From: Planctomycetota bacterium
Lineage (GTDB): Bacteria > Planctomycetota > B15-G4
Assembly: GCA_038212275.1 (NCBI GenBank)
Contig: JBBQUR010000006.1
Location: 32,001-96,000, forward strand
Direction: 5' to 3'
Length of the DNA stretch: 64,000 bases
Shown: positions 8,929-18,320 of the stretch, piece after piece
Position numbering within the stretch: the stretch's first letter is position 1
Layout of the letters: each line of letters starts with the position of its first letter
Position numbers and translations under genes: made by a program
The notes under the pieces: model-generated
What the model was told of the DNA's origin: nothing
The model's database searches: none
What the model saw: the letters and a program-made list of their open reading frames with translations, nothing else

Positions 8929-11460
8929 TCAGGTCGGTCGGGTGCGCCGCTCGCGCCAGGCGAGCGCCAGGCACGCGGCCAGCAGCACGAGCGCCGTCGC
9001 GCCGGCGGCCCGTCCCAGCTCCCAGCCGCGCGAACGGTAGACGAAGGCCACGACGTGCCGACCGGCGGGCACGTCCACGGCGCGGAAGGCGAGATTGGCC
9101 GGCTGCATCACGGCCGGCTGTCCGTCGATGCTCGCGCTCCATCCGGGCATCCATGAGTCGCACAGCACGAGCGTCGCGGGCGTCGGGCTGTCCACGAGGA
9201 TCTCCACGTGTTCGGGGTCGTCGCGCGTGAAGGCCACGCTGCCACGCTGCGGCCCTTCGCGCGGCACGCCGGCGCGCAGCGGGCCGGCGCTGCCCGTCTC
9301 GACCACCGCGACCCGATGCGGGTCGAAGTCCGGTGCCGCCAGGGCCTGTCGCGCCGCGGCCTCGTCCGCGACCGGCAGCACGCTGGCCGCGAGGAAGGCG
9401 CGCGGCATCGCGCTGTCGTTGCGATAGAGCCAGGCATCGCCGACGCGCCCGAGTTCGGTCAGCCCCGGCCGCATGAGCGGCACGCTGGAGAGCACGCGCG
9501 TCACGGCGAGCGCATCGAGCAGCGGCGAGTCGAGCGCGCGCGCATCGGACAGCGCCGCGGTGCCGACGCCGGACGACGTGCCCGGCTGCAGCAGCTCGTG
9601 CAGCGCCTCCACGCGGCGCGGGCCCAGCGTGATGTAGCCGGACACGTCGCGCACGCCGAAGGGCAGCGCGGTGTCGGGCGGCAGCGGGTAGGCGAGCACG
9701 GACGGGTCGCCCGGATGGAAGCGTTGCAGGCGGCCTCCGTCGTCGTCGAGCAGGCGCGCCAGGCCGGGAGGCGGCGCGTCGAAGCCCGCAGCCGGCAGCG
9801 TGGTGCGTGCGGCGGCGGCCGTGCCGGCCAGGTCCACGGCGGCGGCCGTGAAGAGCACCGCGGCGCCCCACGTCGGGCGACGGCGGGCCAGCAGCAGCGC
9901 GCCCGCGCAGAGCACGGCGAACACCGCAAAGCGCAGCAGCGCGTGCTGCAGAAGCGTGAGGTCCAGCGCCAGGTCGCCGGCGTGCGCGGCGATCTCGGAC
10001 TCGCTGACAGCCAGCTTGCCGGCGAGCGCCGGGGTCACCAGGGAGGCCCAGCGGCCGGCGTCGAGCGCGAGCGAAATCCCCGCGGCCACGACCGCCAAGG
10101 TGGCCGTGCCGGCGGCGGTGACCAGCAGCCAGCCCGGCGGGCCTTCGCGCAGCAGCCGCCACAGGCCGAGTCCCGCGAGCAGCGCGCCGCCGACCCCGAA
10201 GAGCAGCAGCGCGCGCCGCGGGTCGCCTGTGGAGAGGCCGGGTAGGTGCAGCAGCGCGGGGAGCACCGGCGTGTCGATCGCGCAGAGTGCGCCGCCGAAC
10301 AGCATCGCCGCACCAAGCGCCCGGCCGCGAGCCGGCGTGGCCAGCCCAAGCAGTGCGAGCAGGAGACCTGCAAAGCCGATGCTGCTGGCCGTCTCCACGG
10401 AGTTGCTGCCGGGCTTGCGCAGCAGCAGCGAGACCACGCCCTCGGCGCGGAGCTGCGGCGCCTCGTGACGCGCCAGATCCTCGGAGCGCCCGAACAGGTC
10501 GGGCACGACGGCCGCGAGCAGGCTGGCGGGGCTCATGGCCAGCCCGGCGGCGTCCGCCGGCGTCGGCGCGCGTCGCACGCCGTCGATGAGCACCTCGTTG
10601 CGCGCGCACTCGGGACTCGCGGCCAGTTCTGCCGACGGCAGGAATTGCGGTGCGCCCAGCGCGAGCCCGAGCGCCAGCCCGGCGCAGGCCCACGCCGCGC
10701 GGTGCAGCGTGCGGCGGCGCACGCCCGGTGCGCCCGCCATCACGGCGCGCACGCTGCTGACCCCGATGAGTCCCCCGCAGGCGTAGAGCAGGAAGAGGCT
10801 CGCCTGCGGGAAGCCCGCAAGCAGCGAGCATCCGGTCGCCACCGCGGTGAGGGCCAGCGCACCCCAGCGCTGGCCGGACAGAAGGCGCTGGCAGCCGAGC
10901 AGCGCGGCTGGAATCCAGATCGACGCGCCCTGGATCTGGAACCACTGCGTGCGCATCGCCAGGAAGCCGCACGAGGCGAAGCACATGCCGCCGAAACTCG
11001 CGGACCAGGCAGGGACGCCGTACTCGCGCAGCAGCGCGTAGAGGAACAGGCCCGCCAGCGCGGTCTGCACGAAGGCGATCCAGCCGTAGGCCTGCAGCGG
11101 CGGCATGACCAGCGTGAGCAGCGTCACGGGCGACAGCACGCCGTGGACCGCCTGCGCGAGCAGCGGCGCGCCGCAGAGATTGTCGGGATTCCAGAGCGGC
11201 GCCTCGCCGGCGGACAGCCGCGCCAGCGCCAGCCGGAGCTGCGGGTGGAACATGAGCGTCTTGTCGGCCTCGAGCGGCCGGCCGGCCGCGCTCACCTCGG
11301 CGAGCAGGGCGGGGTCGGCCTCGGCGCGCCAGGGCGAGAGCTGGGCCGTGTGGACCGCGACGAGTGCGCGCTCCCCGGTGAGCACCGGCAGAAAGAGCAG
11401 CAGCGGCAGCAGCACGAGCAACGCTGCCGGCAGCATCCGGAGCGGGCCGGTGGGAGCCAT
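8929..11460 (-). CDS. YfhO-family (GT-C-like) membrane protein
   Basis: PLWNPDNLCGAPLLA, DVSGY, MPRAF, DSWMPGWSASIDG, ANLAFRAV.VPAGRH; start moved to the ATG at 11460. Confidence 0.85.
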   Translation of the reverse strand: MAPTGPLRMLPAALLVLLPLLLFLPVLTGERALVAVHTAQLSPWRAEADPALLAEVSAAGRPLEADKTLMFHPQLRLALARLSAGEAPLWNPDNLCGAPLLAQAVHGVLSPVTLLTLVMPPLQAYGWIAFVQTALAGLFLYALLREYGVPAWSASFGGMCFASCGFLAMRTQWFQIQGASIWIPAALLGCQRLLSGQRWGALALTAVATGCSLLAGFPQASLFLLYACGGLIGVSSVRAVMAGAPGVRRRTLHRAAWACAGLALGLALGAPQFLPSAELAASPECARNEVLIDGVRRAPTPADAAGLAMSPASLLAAVVPDLFGRSEDLARHEAPQLRAEGVVSLLLRKPGSNSVETASSIGFAGLLLALLGLATPARGRALGAAMLFGGALCAIDTPVLPALLHLPGLSTGDPRRALLLFGVGGALLAGLGLWRLLREGPPGWLLVTAAGTATLAVVAAGISLALDAGRWASLVTPALAGKLAVSESEIAAHAGDLALDLTLLQHALLRFAVFAVLCAGALLLARRRPTWGAAVLFTAAAVDLAGTAAAARTTLPAAGFDAPPPGLARLLDDDGGRLQRFHPGDPSVLAYPLPPDTALPFGVRDVSGYITLGPRRVEALHELLQPGTSSGVGTAALSDARALDSPLLDALAVTRVLSSVPLMRPGLTELGRVGDAWLYRNDSAMPRAFLAASVLPVADEAAARQALAAPDFDPHRVAVVETGSAGPLRAGVPREGPQRGSVAFTRDDPEHVEILVDSPTPATLVLCDSWMPGWSASIDGQPAVMQPANLAFRAVDVPAGRHVVAFVYRSRGWELGRAAGATALVLLAACLALAWRERRTRPT

Positions 11461-11742
11461 CGACGCAGTGTGCGTCCTGCGGAGGCGCGGTCCAAGCCTG
11501 CAGACGGGCTCGTCCGGCTGCGCGAGGCGCCTGCCGGTCGCGAGTTGCGCCCCGCGGCCTGGGCCTTCGTCTTCGGGCCCGCGCGGCGCCCCGATGAGGG
11601 GCCGGTCCGGGAGGTGCCGGCACTTTCCACTCCATGCGCGGCGCGGCACCGGCCGATAGCGGGCCACGCGGTCCCCGATGGCCCGTCCCGGACCGCAGCC
11701 TGCAACCGCACCCTCGAACGCTCACTCCCGGAAGCTCCCGCG

Positions 11743-12264
11743 ATGAACAACACCAGGATCGCCATCATCGTGCTGCGCGGCGTGCTCGGCGGGCTGCTGC
11801 TGCTCATCGTGGCGCGGGCCGTCCTGTTCACGTCTTACAAGGTCTCCGGCTCGTCGATGCGCGAGACACTCGCGGACGGAGACCACATCCTGGTGTGCGA
11901 GCTGCCGATCCTCAGCCGGCCGATCCACCTTGGCGACACGGTGGTGCTGGACGTGGACGATGAGACGCTGGTCAAGCGCGTCATGGCCGGCCCCGGCGAC
12001 TCGATCGCGATGAAGGGCGGCACGGTCCTGCGCAACGGCAAGCCGGTGGTGGAGTCCATCCCGCCGGAGCTCAACGCGCACGACACCTTTCCCACGTACT
12101 TCCTGCGCACCAACGAATACTTCGTGATGGGCGATCATCGCAACGTGTCCATCGACAGCCGGGCCTTCGGGCCGGTGCACGGCGAACAGGTGCGCGGCAA
12201 GGTCATGCTGCGCATGAACGGCATCTCGGTGAGCAGCGTGGCCGCGCTGGAACGCGCCCGCTGA
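11743..12264 (+). CDS. lepB: Signal peptidase I
   Basis: N-terminal TM helix, SGSSM catalytic Ser, VKRV Lys, MGDHRNVSIDSRAFG. Confidence 0.9.
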   Translation: MNNTRIAIIVLRGVLGGLLLLIVARAVLFTSYKVSGSSMRETLADGDHILVCELPILSRPIHLGDTVVLDVDDETLVKRVMAGPGDSIAMKGGTVLRNGKPVVESIPPELNAHDTFPTYFLRTNEYFVMGDHRNVSIDSRAFGPVHGEQVRGKVMLRMNGISVSSVAALERAR

Positions 12265-12285
12265 TCGCGGCAGCCTGTCGCGGCT

Positions 12286-12331
12286 TGCCGGCGTGCATGC
12301 CGGCGTGCATGAGGGCGCGCACGAGGGCGCG
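12286..12331. repeat. Degenerate 12-bp tandem repeat (tgccggcgtgca x2, then gagggcgcg-containing units x2)
   Basis: Read directly in the intergenic gap after lepB. Confidence 0.6.
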
Positions 12332-12385
12332 GCACGCCGTCCGCGCGCCCTTGTGGGAGCCGGCAGGCCGCCACACAATGCGCCC

Positions 12386-13066
12386 ATGGGTCCCGTGCTC
12401 ACCACGTTGCGCCGCACGCTGCTCGTGCCGGCCAGCGTGGCGGTGACCGCGCTGGCCGCGGCGCTGGCCTGGCTGGGCAGCTACCTGGCCGCCGCGCAGC
12501 TTGGCGCCGACGAAGGCTTCCTTGCCGAGGTGCGCGCGGGCTCGCTGCTCTTCGGCGGCGCGCTGGTGCTCTCGCTGGCCGAGCCGCTGACCGTGCTGCG
12601 CGAGGCGCGCGGCGGGCTGCTGGCGCTCCGCGCGGCGCGCGGTGGCGGCTTCGCGCTGGGCCGGCGCTGGCTCGGGCTGCTGCTGGCCACGCTGCCGACG
12701 GTGCTGATCTGTGCCTGGGCCGCGGGTGGGGAACCCGCGTCGCCGCTCGGGCTGCTGCTCGACCTCGGCGTCCTGTGCGCCGGCGGCCTGGCGCTGGGCG
12801 CCTTTCTCGAGCGCGCGCTGCTCGTGCCGGCACTGTGGTGCCTGCTCGTGCTCGGTCAGCTCCGCCCGTGGTTCGGCGACTCTCCGGCCGCCTGGCTGCT
12901 GCCGCACATGGGGGACCTGTCCGGCGCCGGGGCGACGGGTGCCGCGTCCGGCAGCGCCGGTCCCGCAGTCTCGGCTGCGACGGCGGCCGCCGCGCTGCTC
13001 TGGTGCGCCGGCATGCTGCTCCTCGCCGACTGGCGCCTCTCGCGCGTCGTCGGCCAGGGCGGCTGA
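12386..13066 (+). CDS. Hypothetical multi-pass membrane protein
   Basis: Hydrophobic Leu/Ala-rich helices; GC3-consistent frame. Confidence 0.6.
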   Translation: MGPVLTTLRRTLLVPASVAVTALAAALAWLGSYLAAAQLGADEGFLAEVRAGSLLFGGALVLSLAEPLTVLREARGGLLALRAARGGGFALGRRWLGLLLATLPTVLICAWAAGGEPASPLGLLLDLGVLCAGGLALGAFLERALLVPALWCLLVLGQLRPWFGDSPAAWLLPHMGDLSGAGATGAASGSAGPAVSAATAAAALLWCAGMLLLADWRLSRVVGQGG

Positions 13067-13117
13067 GCGTCGCGCCGACGCCCGCGGCCGGGCCGACGCC
13101 TGCGGCCGGGCCGGCGG

Positions 13118-13972
13118 CTAGAGCAGCAGGCGCACCGAGATCAGGTCCGCGGCGACCACGAGCACGATGAGCAGACCCGTGAACGTGCCGCGCGACTTGA
13201 GGTGCAGCAGCAGCACGCACATGGACACGAAGGCGGCCAGCGCGGCGCGGTCGAGCACCGCGCGCAACCAGGTGGCGTTGGCGGCGATCACCTCCGGGCG
13301 GGCCAGCGCCTCGACGCGCCACGAGCCCGGCGTGGGGCCGGCCGCGTCGATGCGCTCGAGCAGCGGCCGGACGACGCGCGCGTCGGTCACGGCGCCGGCC
13401 TGCAGCGACGCCGCGATGAGCACGCCCGCCAGCAGCACCGCGGCAGCTCCGAGGACCATCGCGGCGCCCTCGCCGCTCCCGTCCGCCGCGCGGCGACCGA
13501 GCCTGAGCAGGCCGGCGCCGGCAAGCGCCGCGATCGCCACGCGGAAGCTCTCCGCTTTCAGGCCGAGGGGAGCCCCGGGACCCGCGACCCAGTCCCAGGC
13601 GGTGAACACGCACGCGAGGCCGAAGGCCAGGCGCCCGGCGATGGCGAGCATGCCTCGGGCGGAAAAGATCCCGTAGATGGCGAGCAGCAGCGCGAGAAAG
13701 CCCGTCGCGAGGCCGCGCCGCTCGTGCCGGCGTCCCTCGCTCGCTTCGCTGAGCGCGGCCCGTGGCAGGTGAAACTCGTTGCCCGGACGCGAGTCCGCCA
13801 GCCACGTCACGTCCGGCTGCCCCTCGGCGTGGAAAACCCCGGGCGCGATGAGCGCGGCGGCCGCGCCTGGCCACGGGCGCAGGGGCGGCCAGCGCTCGTC
13901 GATCTGCCGGTCCAGCACGAGCAGCACGAGCACGAGACTCGCCGCCAGCACCCGCTGCGCGCCGAGGCTCAT
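13118..13972 (-). CDS. Hypothetical membrane protein
   Basis: ATGA coupling to the upstream methyltransferase; several TM helices. Confidence 0.6.
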   Translation of the reverse strand: MSLGAQRVLAASLVLVLLVLDRQIDERWPPLRPWPGAAAALIAPGVFHAEGQPDVTWLADSRPGNEFHLPRAALSEASEGRRHERRGLATGFLALLLAIYGIFSARGMLAIAGRLAFGLACVFTAWDWVAGPGAPLGLKAESFRVAIAALAGAGLLRLGRRAADGSGEGAAMVLGAAAVLLAGVLIAASLQAGAVTDARVVRPLLERIDAAGPTPGSWRVEALARPEVIAANATWLRAVLDRAALAAFVSMCVLLLHLKSRGTFTGLLIVLVVAADLISVRLLL

Positions 13973-14892
13973 GCGCCGGCGTCTCCATGGCCCGGCGGCC
14001 GGCGCGCCACGACGAAGAGCGAGTGGCCGAAGGGCGAACTCACGTGCCGCAGCACGTGGCGCTCGCCGCCGAAGATCGCGGCGGCCAGCGCGTTGAACGG
14101 CCCGGGCATCGGCACGTCGAGGTTGTTGCTCGTGCCGGCGGGGATGCGCAGCAGTCGCTCGCGCGCCTTGATGACCAGCACCGTCGGCACGATGACGAGG
14201 CCGAGCACGCAGTTCACGTAGGTGGCCTTGCGCACGTCGAAGCCGGCGGCGCGCAGCTTGGCCACCAGGTCGCCGCGCGTGTAGCGGCGGAAGTGGTGCG
14301 CGACGCGGTCGTTGTTCGCGTAGAGCCACTGGTAGGCGGGCACGGAGATCGCGAGGTGTCCGCCCGGCTTCAGGCTGGCCAGCATCTCCGCCAGCACCGC
14401 GCGGTCGTCGGGCGTGTGCTCGAGCACGTCCCACAGGCACAGCAGGTCCTGGCTGCCGGCGGGGACGGGCAGGTGGTCCGACGCGGCGACGAGCGTCTGC
14501 GGGAAGCCGTGCTCGCGGCACCACGCAATGGAGGGTTCGTCGAGCTCCAGGCCCGTGACGCGGCCGAACGCCGCCAGCGGCGCGAGGAATCCGCCGACGC
14601 CGCAGCCCACGTCGAGCACCGAGAGCGGCGAGAGCGGCGAGTGCGGCGAGTGCGCGGGTCGCATGCGGCCGGTCGCGCCGGTCGCGCCGGTCGCACCGGT
14701 CGCACCGGTCGCACCGGATGCACCAGCTGCATCGGTTGCGCCGGATGCAGGGGCGGCAGGGGCAGCCGGCAGCGTGATGCCGTCGCGCTCCATCACGGTG
14801 CGCAGCAACGAGAGGTAGAGCGTGCGCCGGCCGCGGAACCACCAGTGGCGGTCGGCCAGTTCCGCGAAGAGCTTGAAGCCGACGCGTTCCAG
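13969..14892 (-). CDS. Class I SAM-dependent methyltransferase (probable CTG start)
   Basis: DRHWWFRGRR, VLDVGCGVG, DVLEH, LKPGG, SVPAY, HHFRRY. Confidence 0.85.
   Translation of the reverse strand: MERVGFKLFAELADRHWWFRGRRTLYLSLLRTVMERDGITLPAAPAAPASGATDAAGASGATGATGATGATGATGRMRPAHSPHSPLSPLSVLDVGCGVGGFLAPLAAFGRVTGLELDEPSIAWCREHGFPQTLVAASDHLPVPAGSQDLLCLWDVLEHTPDDRAVLAEMLASLKPGGHLAISVPAYQWLYANNDRVAHHFRRYTRGDLVAKLRAAGFDVRKATYVNCVLGLVIVPTVLVIKARERLLRIPAGTSNNLDVPMPGPFNALAAAIFGGERHVLRHVSSPFGHSLFVVARRPPGHGDAGA
14621..14770. repeat. In-frame 9-bp tandem repeats (ccggtcgcr and gagwgcggc units)
   Basis: Encode (GAT)n and SPH/SPL repeats inside the methyltransferase. Confidence 0.85.
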
Positions 14893-14894
14893 GG

Positions 14895-16007
14895 TCAGCG
14901 CTTCCTGGCCACCGCGACCATCTCGTCCCGGAAGTTCAGGTAGATGGACGCGTTGCCCAGCAGGCGCAGCGGCGAGGCGAGGGTCGTGAGCACCGGATGG
15001 ATGCGCCCGACGCGCTCCACGAGAAACTGCATCGAGACGTACTTGCCGCCGAGGCGCGGCGTGTTCTCCACGAGCGCGAAGCCGCAGTCGCCCAGCAGGC
15101 GCGACAGCGAGGCCGGGTCGAAATGGTAGAGGTGCTCCTCGTGCTTGTAGTGCTGCCAGCGGTGACCGAGCAGGCGGGCGAAACGCGATGCGACGTTCTG
15201 CGTCTCCAGCACCAGCACGCCGTCGTCCGCGAGCAGCGCGGCGGCGCGGCGCAGGTGCGGGCGCGGGTCCTCGAGGTGCTCGATGACGTCCCACAGCGTG
15301 ATGACGTCGAAGGAGCGCTCGGGCAGGTCCAGGCCCAGGAGGTCGCCGCGGCGGATGTCCGGCAGGCGCAGCGACTCCTGCGCGTGCGTGACCATGGGCG
15401 CGGAGATCTCGACGCCGGTGGTCTTCCAGCCCTGCTCCGCCATGACGGAGAGAAAGAAGCCCGCGGCGCAGCCCACGTCGAGCACGCGGCCGGGCACCGG
15501 CTTGTAGCGGCGGATGATCCGGCTGCGCAGGCGGTAGGTGCGCTGGTAGAGCGGCCCCTCGTGGAGGTACTGCGTGTAGCCGAACTCCTTGGCGCGGTCC
15601 GAGGCCCAGTACTCCTCCTGGTACATCTCGTGCAGGCGTTCGGGCGGCAGGCGGGGATTCACGTAGACGAGCCCGCAGCGCCGGCACTCGACGACGCGGA
15701 AGGGGCCGTCGCGGAAGCGCAGTTGTTCGTCCGCCTCGCCGCAGAAGAGGCAGGGCACGTCGCGCATGGCGGGCGATGCACCCGTCGGCGTGCCGCGTGG
15801 CGGAACGGGGCTGCTGCCGGACGGCGGCGTCGGGGCTGCCGGTGCTGCCGGTGCTGCCGGTGATGTCGGTGATGTCGGTGATGTCGGCGATGTCGGGGAT
15901 GTCGGGGTTGTCGGGGTTGCCGGGGTTGCCGGCGTCGCCGCGCGGCCCTGCGCCTCATCGCGTGGGCCGCCCGCATCCGGGATGGCGGCTCCACTGCGCG
16001 CGCTCAC
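14895..16007 (-). CDS. Class I SAM methyltransferase with N-terminal Zn ribbon (alternative start at 15767)
   Basis: CLFC...CRRCGLVY, LDVGCAAG, DVIEHLEDP, EHLYHF; GTGA coupling at 16007. Confidence 0.85.
   Translation of the reverse strand: MSARSGAAIPDAGGPRDEAQGRAATPATPATPTTPTSPTSPTSPTSPTSPAAPAAPAAPTPPSGSSPVPPRGTPTGASPAMRDVPCLFCGEADEQLRFRDGPFRVVECRRCGLVYVNPRLPPERLHEMYQEEYWASDRAKEFGYTQYLHEGPLYQRTYRLRSRIIRRYKPVPGRVLDVGCAAGFFLSVMAEQGWKTTGVEISAPMVTHAQESLRLPDIRRGDLLGLDLPERSFDVITLWDVIEHLEDPRPHLRRAAALLADDGVLVLETQNVASRFARLLGHRWQHYKHEEHLYHFDPASLSRLLGDCGFALVENTPRLGGKYVSMQFLVERVGRIHPVLTTLASPLRLLGNASIYLNFRDEMVAVARKR
15832..15938. repeat. 9-bp tandem repeat array (gctgccggt/gatgtcggn/gttgccggg, about 11 units)
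   Basis: Read directly; encodes a TPA/SPT/APA linker on the minus strand. Confidence 0.9.
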
Positions 16008-17419
16008 CCGAAGTACTCGTCCCCGGCCGCGACCTCCGAGTGATCGATGCCGCTCTTCTCCAGCGTGCGGCGCGCGACGGCGTGCCCCATGGCGATCGAG
16101 TGGTCCATGTTGCCGTAGCGGAACAGGCCCTGCCGTCCGGTGGACATCATGTTCTGGAAGCCGCGCAGCCAGGTCATGAGCGTGTCCACGTGGCCGCGGT
16201 AGGTGAGGTCGTAGATCGGGTAGGCGTAGTCGATGCGCCGCACGAAACCGCCGTTGAGCACTTCCTCGGGCTTGAGCAGCCCGAGCGTCACGAGGTTGGC
16301 CGTGGCCAGCTTGATGAGGTCCTCGTCCTTCATCGTCCAGTACTTGTCGCCGTTGGTGGACGTGATCTCCGCGCAGACCATCGTCTTGCCTTCGGGCGCG
16401 CACTGCCGGCTGAAGTTCGTGAACTCGCTGATCCTGTGGATCGCGATGTGCTCCTCGGGGATGTAGATCCAGTGGTCCGGCGTGAGCTGCGGCCGGTCCA
16501 GCTTGAGGTACACGCAGACGATGCCCTTGTGCTTGAGGTCCGTGATGGCGTCGCGCACCGGCTGCGGGACACGTGCCCCGAGCATGGGCACGAGCAGCGT
16601 GAGCGGAATCGTGCTGAGGTACAGGTCGGACTTCGCGACGTGCTCGACGCCGTCCTTGACGTAGACGATGCCCGTGACCTGGTCGCCCTGCGACTGAAGG
16701 CGCACGACCTCGGCGCCCGTGACGACCTTGCCGCCGTCGCGCAGGATGAGGCGCTGGTAGCCGAGCGCCAGCTCGCCGATGCCGCCGGTCTTGGGGTAGA
16801 CGAAGAGCGAGACCAGCGTGCGCGGCACGTTGCGCGGCCGGAACAACGTCTTCTTCACGGCGTCCCACAGCGAGAGCAGGGAGATGCGCTGGCTGGCCCA
16901 GTCCGCGCTGATCTGCGTGCAGGGGATGCCCCAGGCCTTGCGCGTGTAGGTTCCGAAGAACAAGTCGTAGAGCGTGCGCCCGAAGCGCTTGATGACCCAG
17001 TTCTCGAAGTTGTTGTCCGGGATCGGGCGCACCGCATTGCGCAGCCGCACGGCGAGGTAGTCCCAGAAGGACTTGAAGAGCAGCCACGGCGGCAGGCTCC
17101 GCACGACGTTGCCCGCCTTGAGCGGGTAGTCGAAGAACTTGCGCTTCATGTAGATGCGCGAGAGCCGTGCACGGTCGTGGTGGTTGCCGTCGAGCACCAT
17201 GCGGAAGTGGTCGTTCAGCTCCTTGAGCGAGCTGTAGAGCCGGTGCGGCCCGAGGTCGAAGGTGTAGCCCTCTTCCGTGAACGAGGAGGCCAGGCCGCCG
17301 ACCTTGGGATCGCGCTCGAGGACCGTCACGTCCCAGCCTGCTTCCGCGAACTTCTGGGCGGCCGAGAGGCCGGCCAGGCCGCCTCCGAGCACCGTCATGC
17401 TGCGGGCTGTGCTGGTCAT
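16004..17419 (-). CDS. FAD-dependent oxidoreductase (protoporphyrinogen oxidase/UDP-galactopyranose mutase-like family)
   Basis: GGGLAGLSAA, VGGLA, FDLGPHR, AYPIY, GRQGLFRYGNMDHS. Confidence 0.85.
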   Translation of the reverse strand: MTSTARSMTVLGGGLAGLSAAQKFAEAGWDVTVLERDPKVGGLASSFTEEGYTFDLGPHRLYSSLKELNDHFRMVLDGNHHDRARLSRIYMKRKFFDYPLKAGNVVRSLPPWLLFKSFWDYLAVRLRNAVRPIPDNNFENWVIKRFGRTLYDLFFGTYTRKAWGIPCTQISADWASQRISLLSLWDAVKKTLFRPRNVPRTLVSLFVYPKTGGIGELALGYQRLILRDGGKVVTGAEVVRLQSQGDQVTGIVYVKDGVEHVAKSDLYLSTIPLTLLVPMLGARVPQPVRDAITDLKHKGIVCVYLKLDRPQLTPDHWIYIPEEHIAIHRISEFTNFSRQCAPEGKTMVCAEITSTNGDKYWTMKDEDLIKLATANLVTLGLLKPEEVLNGGFVRRIDYAYPIYDLTYRGHVDTLMTWLRGFQNMMSTGRQGLFRYGNMDHSIAMGHAVARRTLEKSGIDHSEVAAGDEYFG

Positions 17420-17546
17420 GGGCGGGCTGGCGTCTCGGCGGGATGTGCGGGATGTGCGGGATGGCGGCCGGACCGGCCGGTGCGCGGAGGGGGACTTCGC
17501 ATCATGGCAAGTCCTCGCTGTCGGTGCATCTGGCGTGCAGGGGCCG

Positions 17547-18254
17547 TCATCGGCCGAGCCGGCGACGAATCGACAGCAATTCCATGAAGGATCGGACCAC
17601 GTCCCGGGCGAGGCGCACGCGGGAGTCATCGACGTCGCGCCAGGTGACCGGGATCTCGCGGATGACCAGGTGCGCGCGGGTGGCTCGGGCCAGAATCTCC
17701 ACGTCGAAGCTCCAGCCCGGCGTCCGGGTCGCCTCGAACAGGCTCCGGGCGTGCACGCCGCGGAACAGCTTGAAGCCGCAGGTGTAGTCCGAGATGGACT
17801 GGCCGGTCATGAGATTGGCGAGCCGGGTGAAGCCGAGACCCAGCCAGGTGCGCAGCGCCGACTGGCCGCGCTGGATGTCCGCCTGCCGGCTCTTGCGATT
17901 GCCGATGACCACGTCCGCGCCGTCGCGCAGGGCCGCCAGGAAGGGCCGCAGCGTCTCGGGCGGGGTGGACATGTCGGCGTCGCAGAAGAGCACTTCGTCG
18001 CCTCGAGTGTCCACGATGCCGGTGCGCAGCGCGGCGCCCTTGCCCTGGTTCACCGCATGCGACAGGCCGCGGACTCCGGGCGTGGCGGCGGCGAGCCGCG
18101 CGATCTCCGCGCCGGTGCCGTCGGAGCTGCCATCGTCCACGAGGACGATCTCCCAGTCGCGCGAAGCGAGCTCATCGAGGAGGGGGCGCAGCGCCGCGAC
18201 GTGCGCTTGCAGGCAAGCAGCCTCGTTGTAGACCGGGATGACGACACTTATCAT
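17547..18254 (-). CDS. Dolichyl/polyprenyl-phosphate glucosyltransferase-like GT2
   Basis: IPVYNE, VDDGSSDGT, NQGKGAA, DADMSTP, DYTCGFKLF, WSFDVE. Confidence 0.88.
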   Translation of the reverse strand: MISVVIPVYNEAACLQAHVAALRPLLDELASRDWEIVLVDDGSSDGTGAEIARLAAATPGVRGLSHAVNQGKGAALRTGIVDTRGDEVLFCDADMSTPPETLRPFLAALRDGADVVIGNRKSRQADIQRGQSALRTWLGLGFTRLANLMTGQSISDYTCGFKLFRGVHARSLFEATRTPGWSFDVEILARATRAHLVIREIPVTWRDVDDSRVRLARDVVRSFMELLSIRRRLGR

Positions 18255-18320
18255 GTCGCGGTTTGCTGTTCCGGGTTGCGCGGCGCGAGCGAGCGGGCGT
18301 CGGATCGTAGCGGGGGTCTG

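Noticed and set aside
15832..15938. Possible CRISPR array
   Set aside because: 9-bp contiguous units with no spacers and no cas genes
17277..18320. Upstream part of the 1249-aa ORF
   Set aside because: Antisense to the GT2 at 17547-18254; YfhO-like sequence begins near 18321
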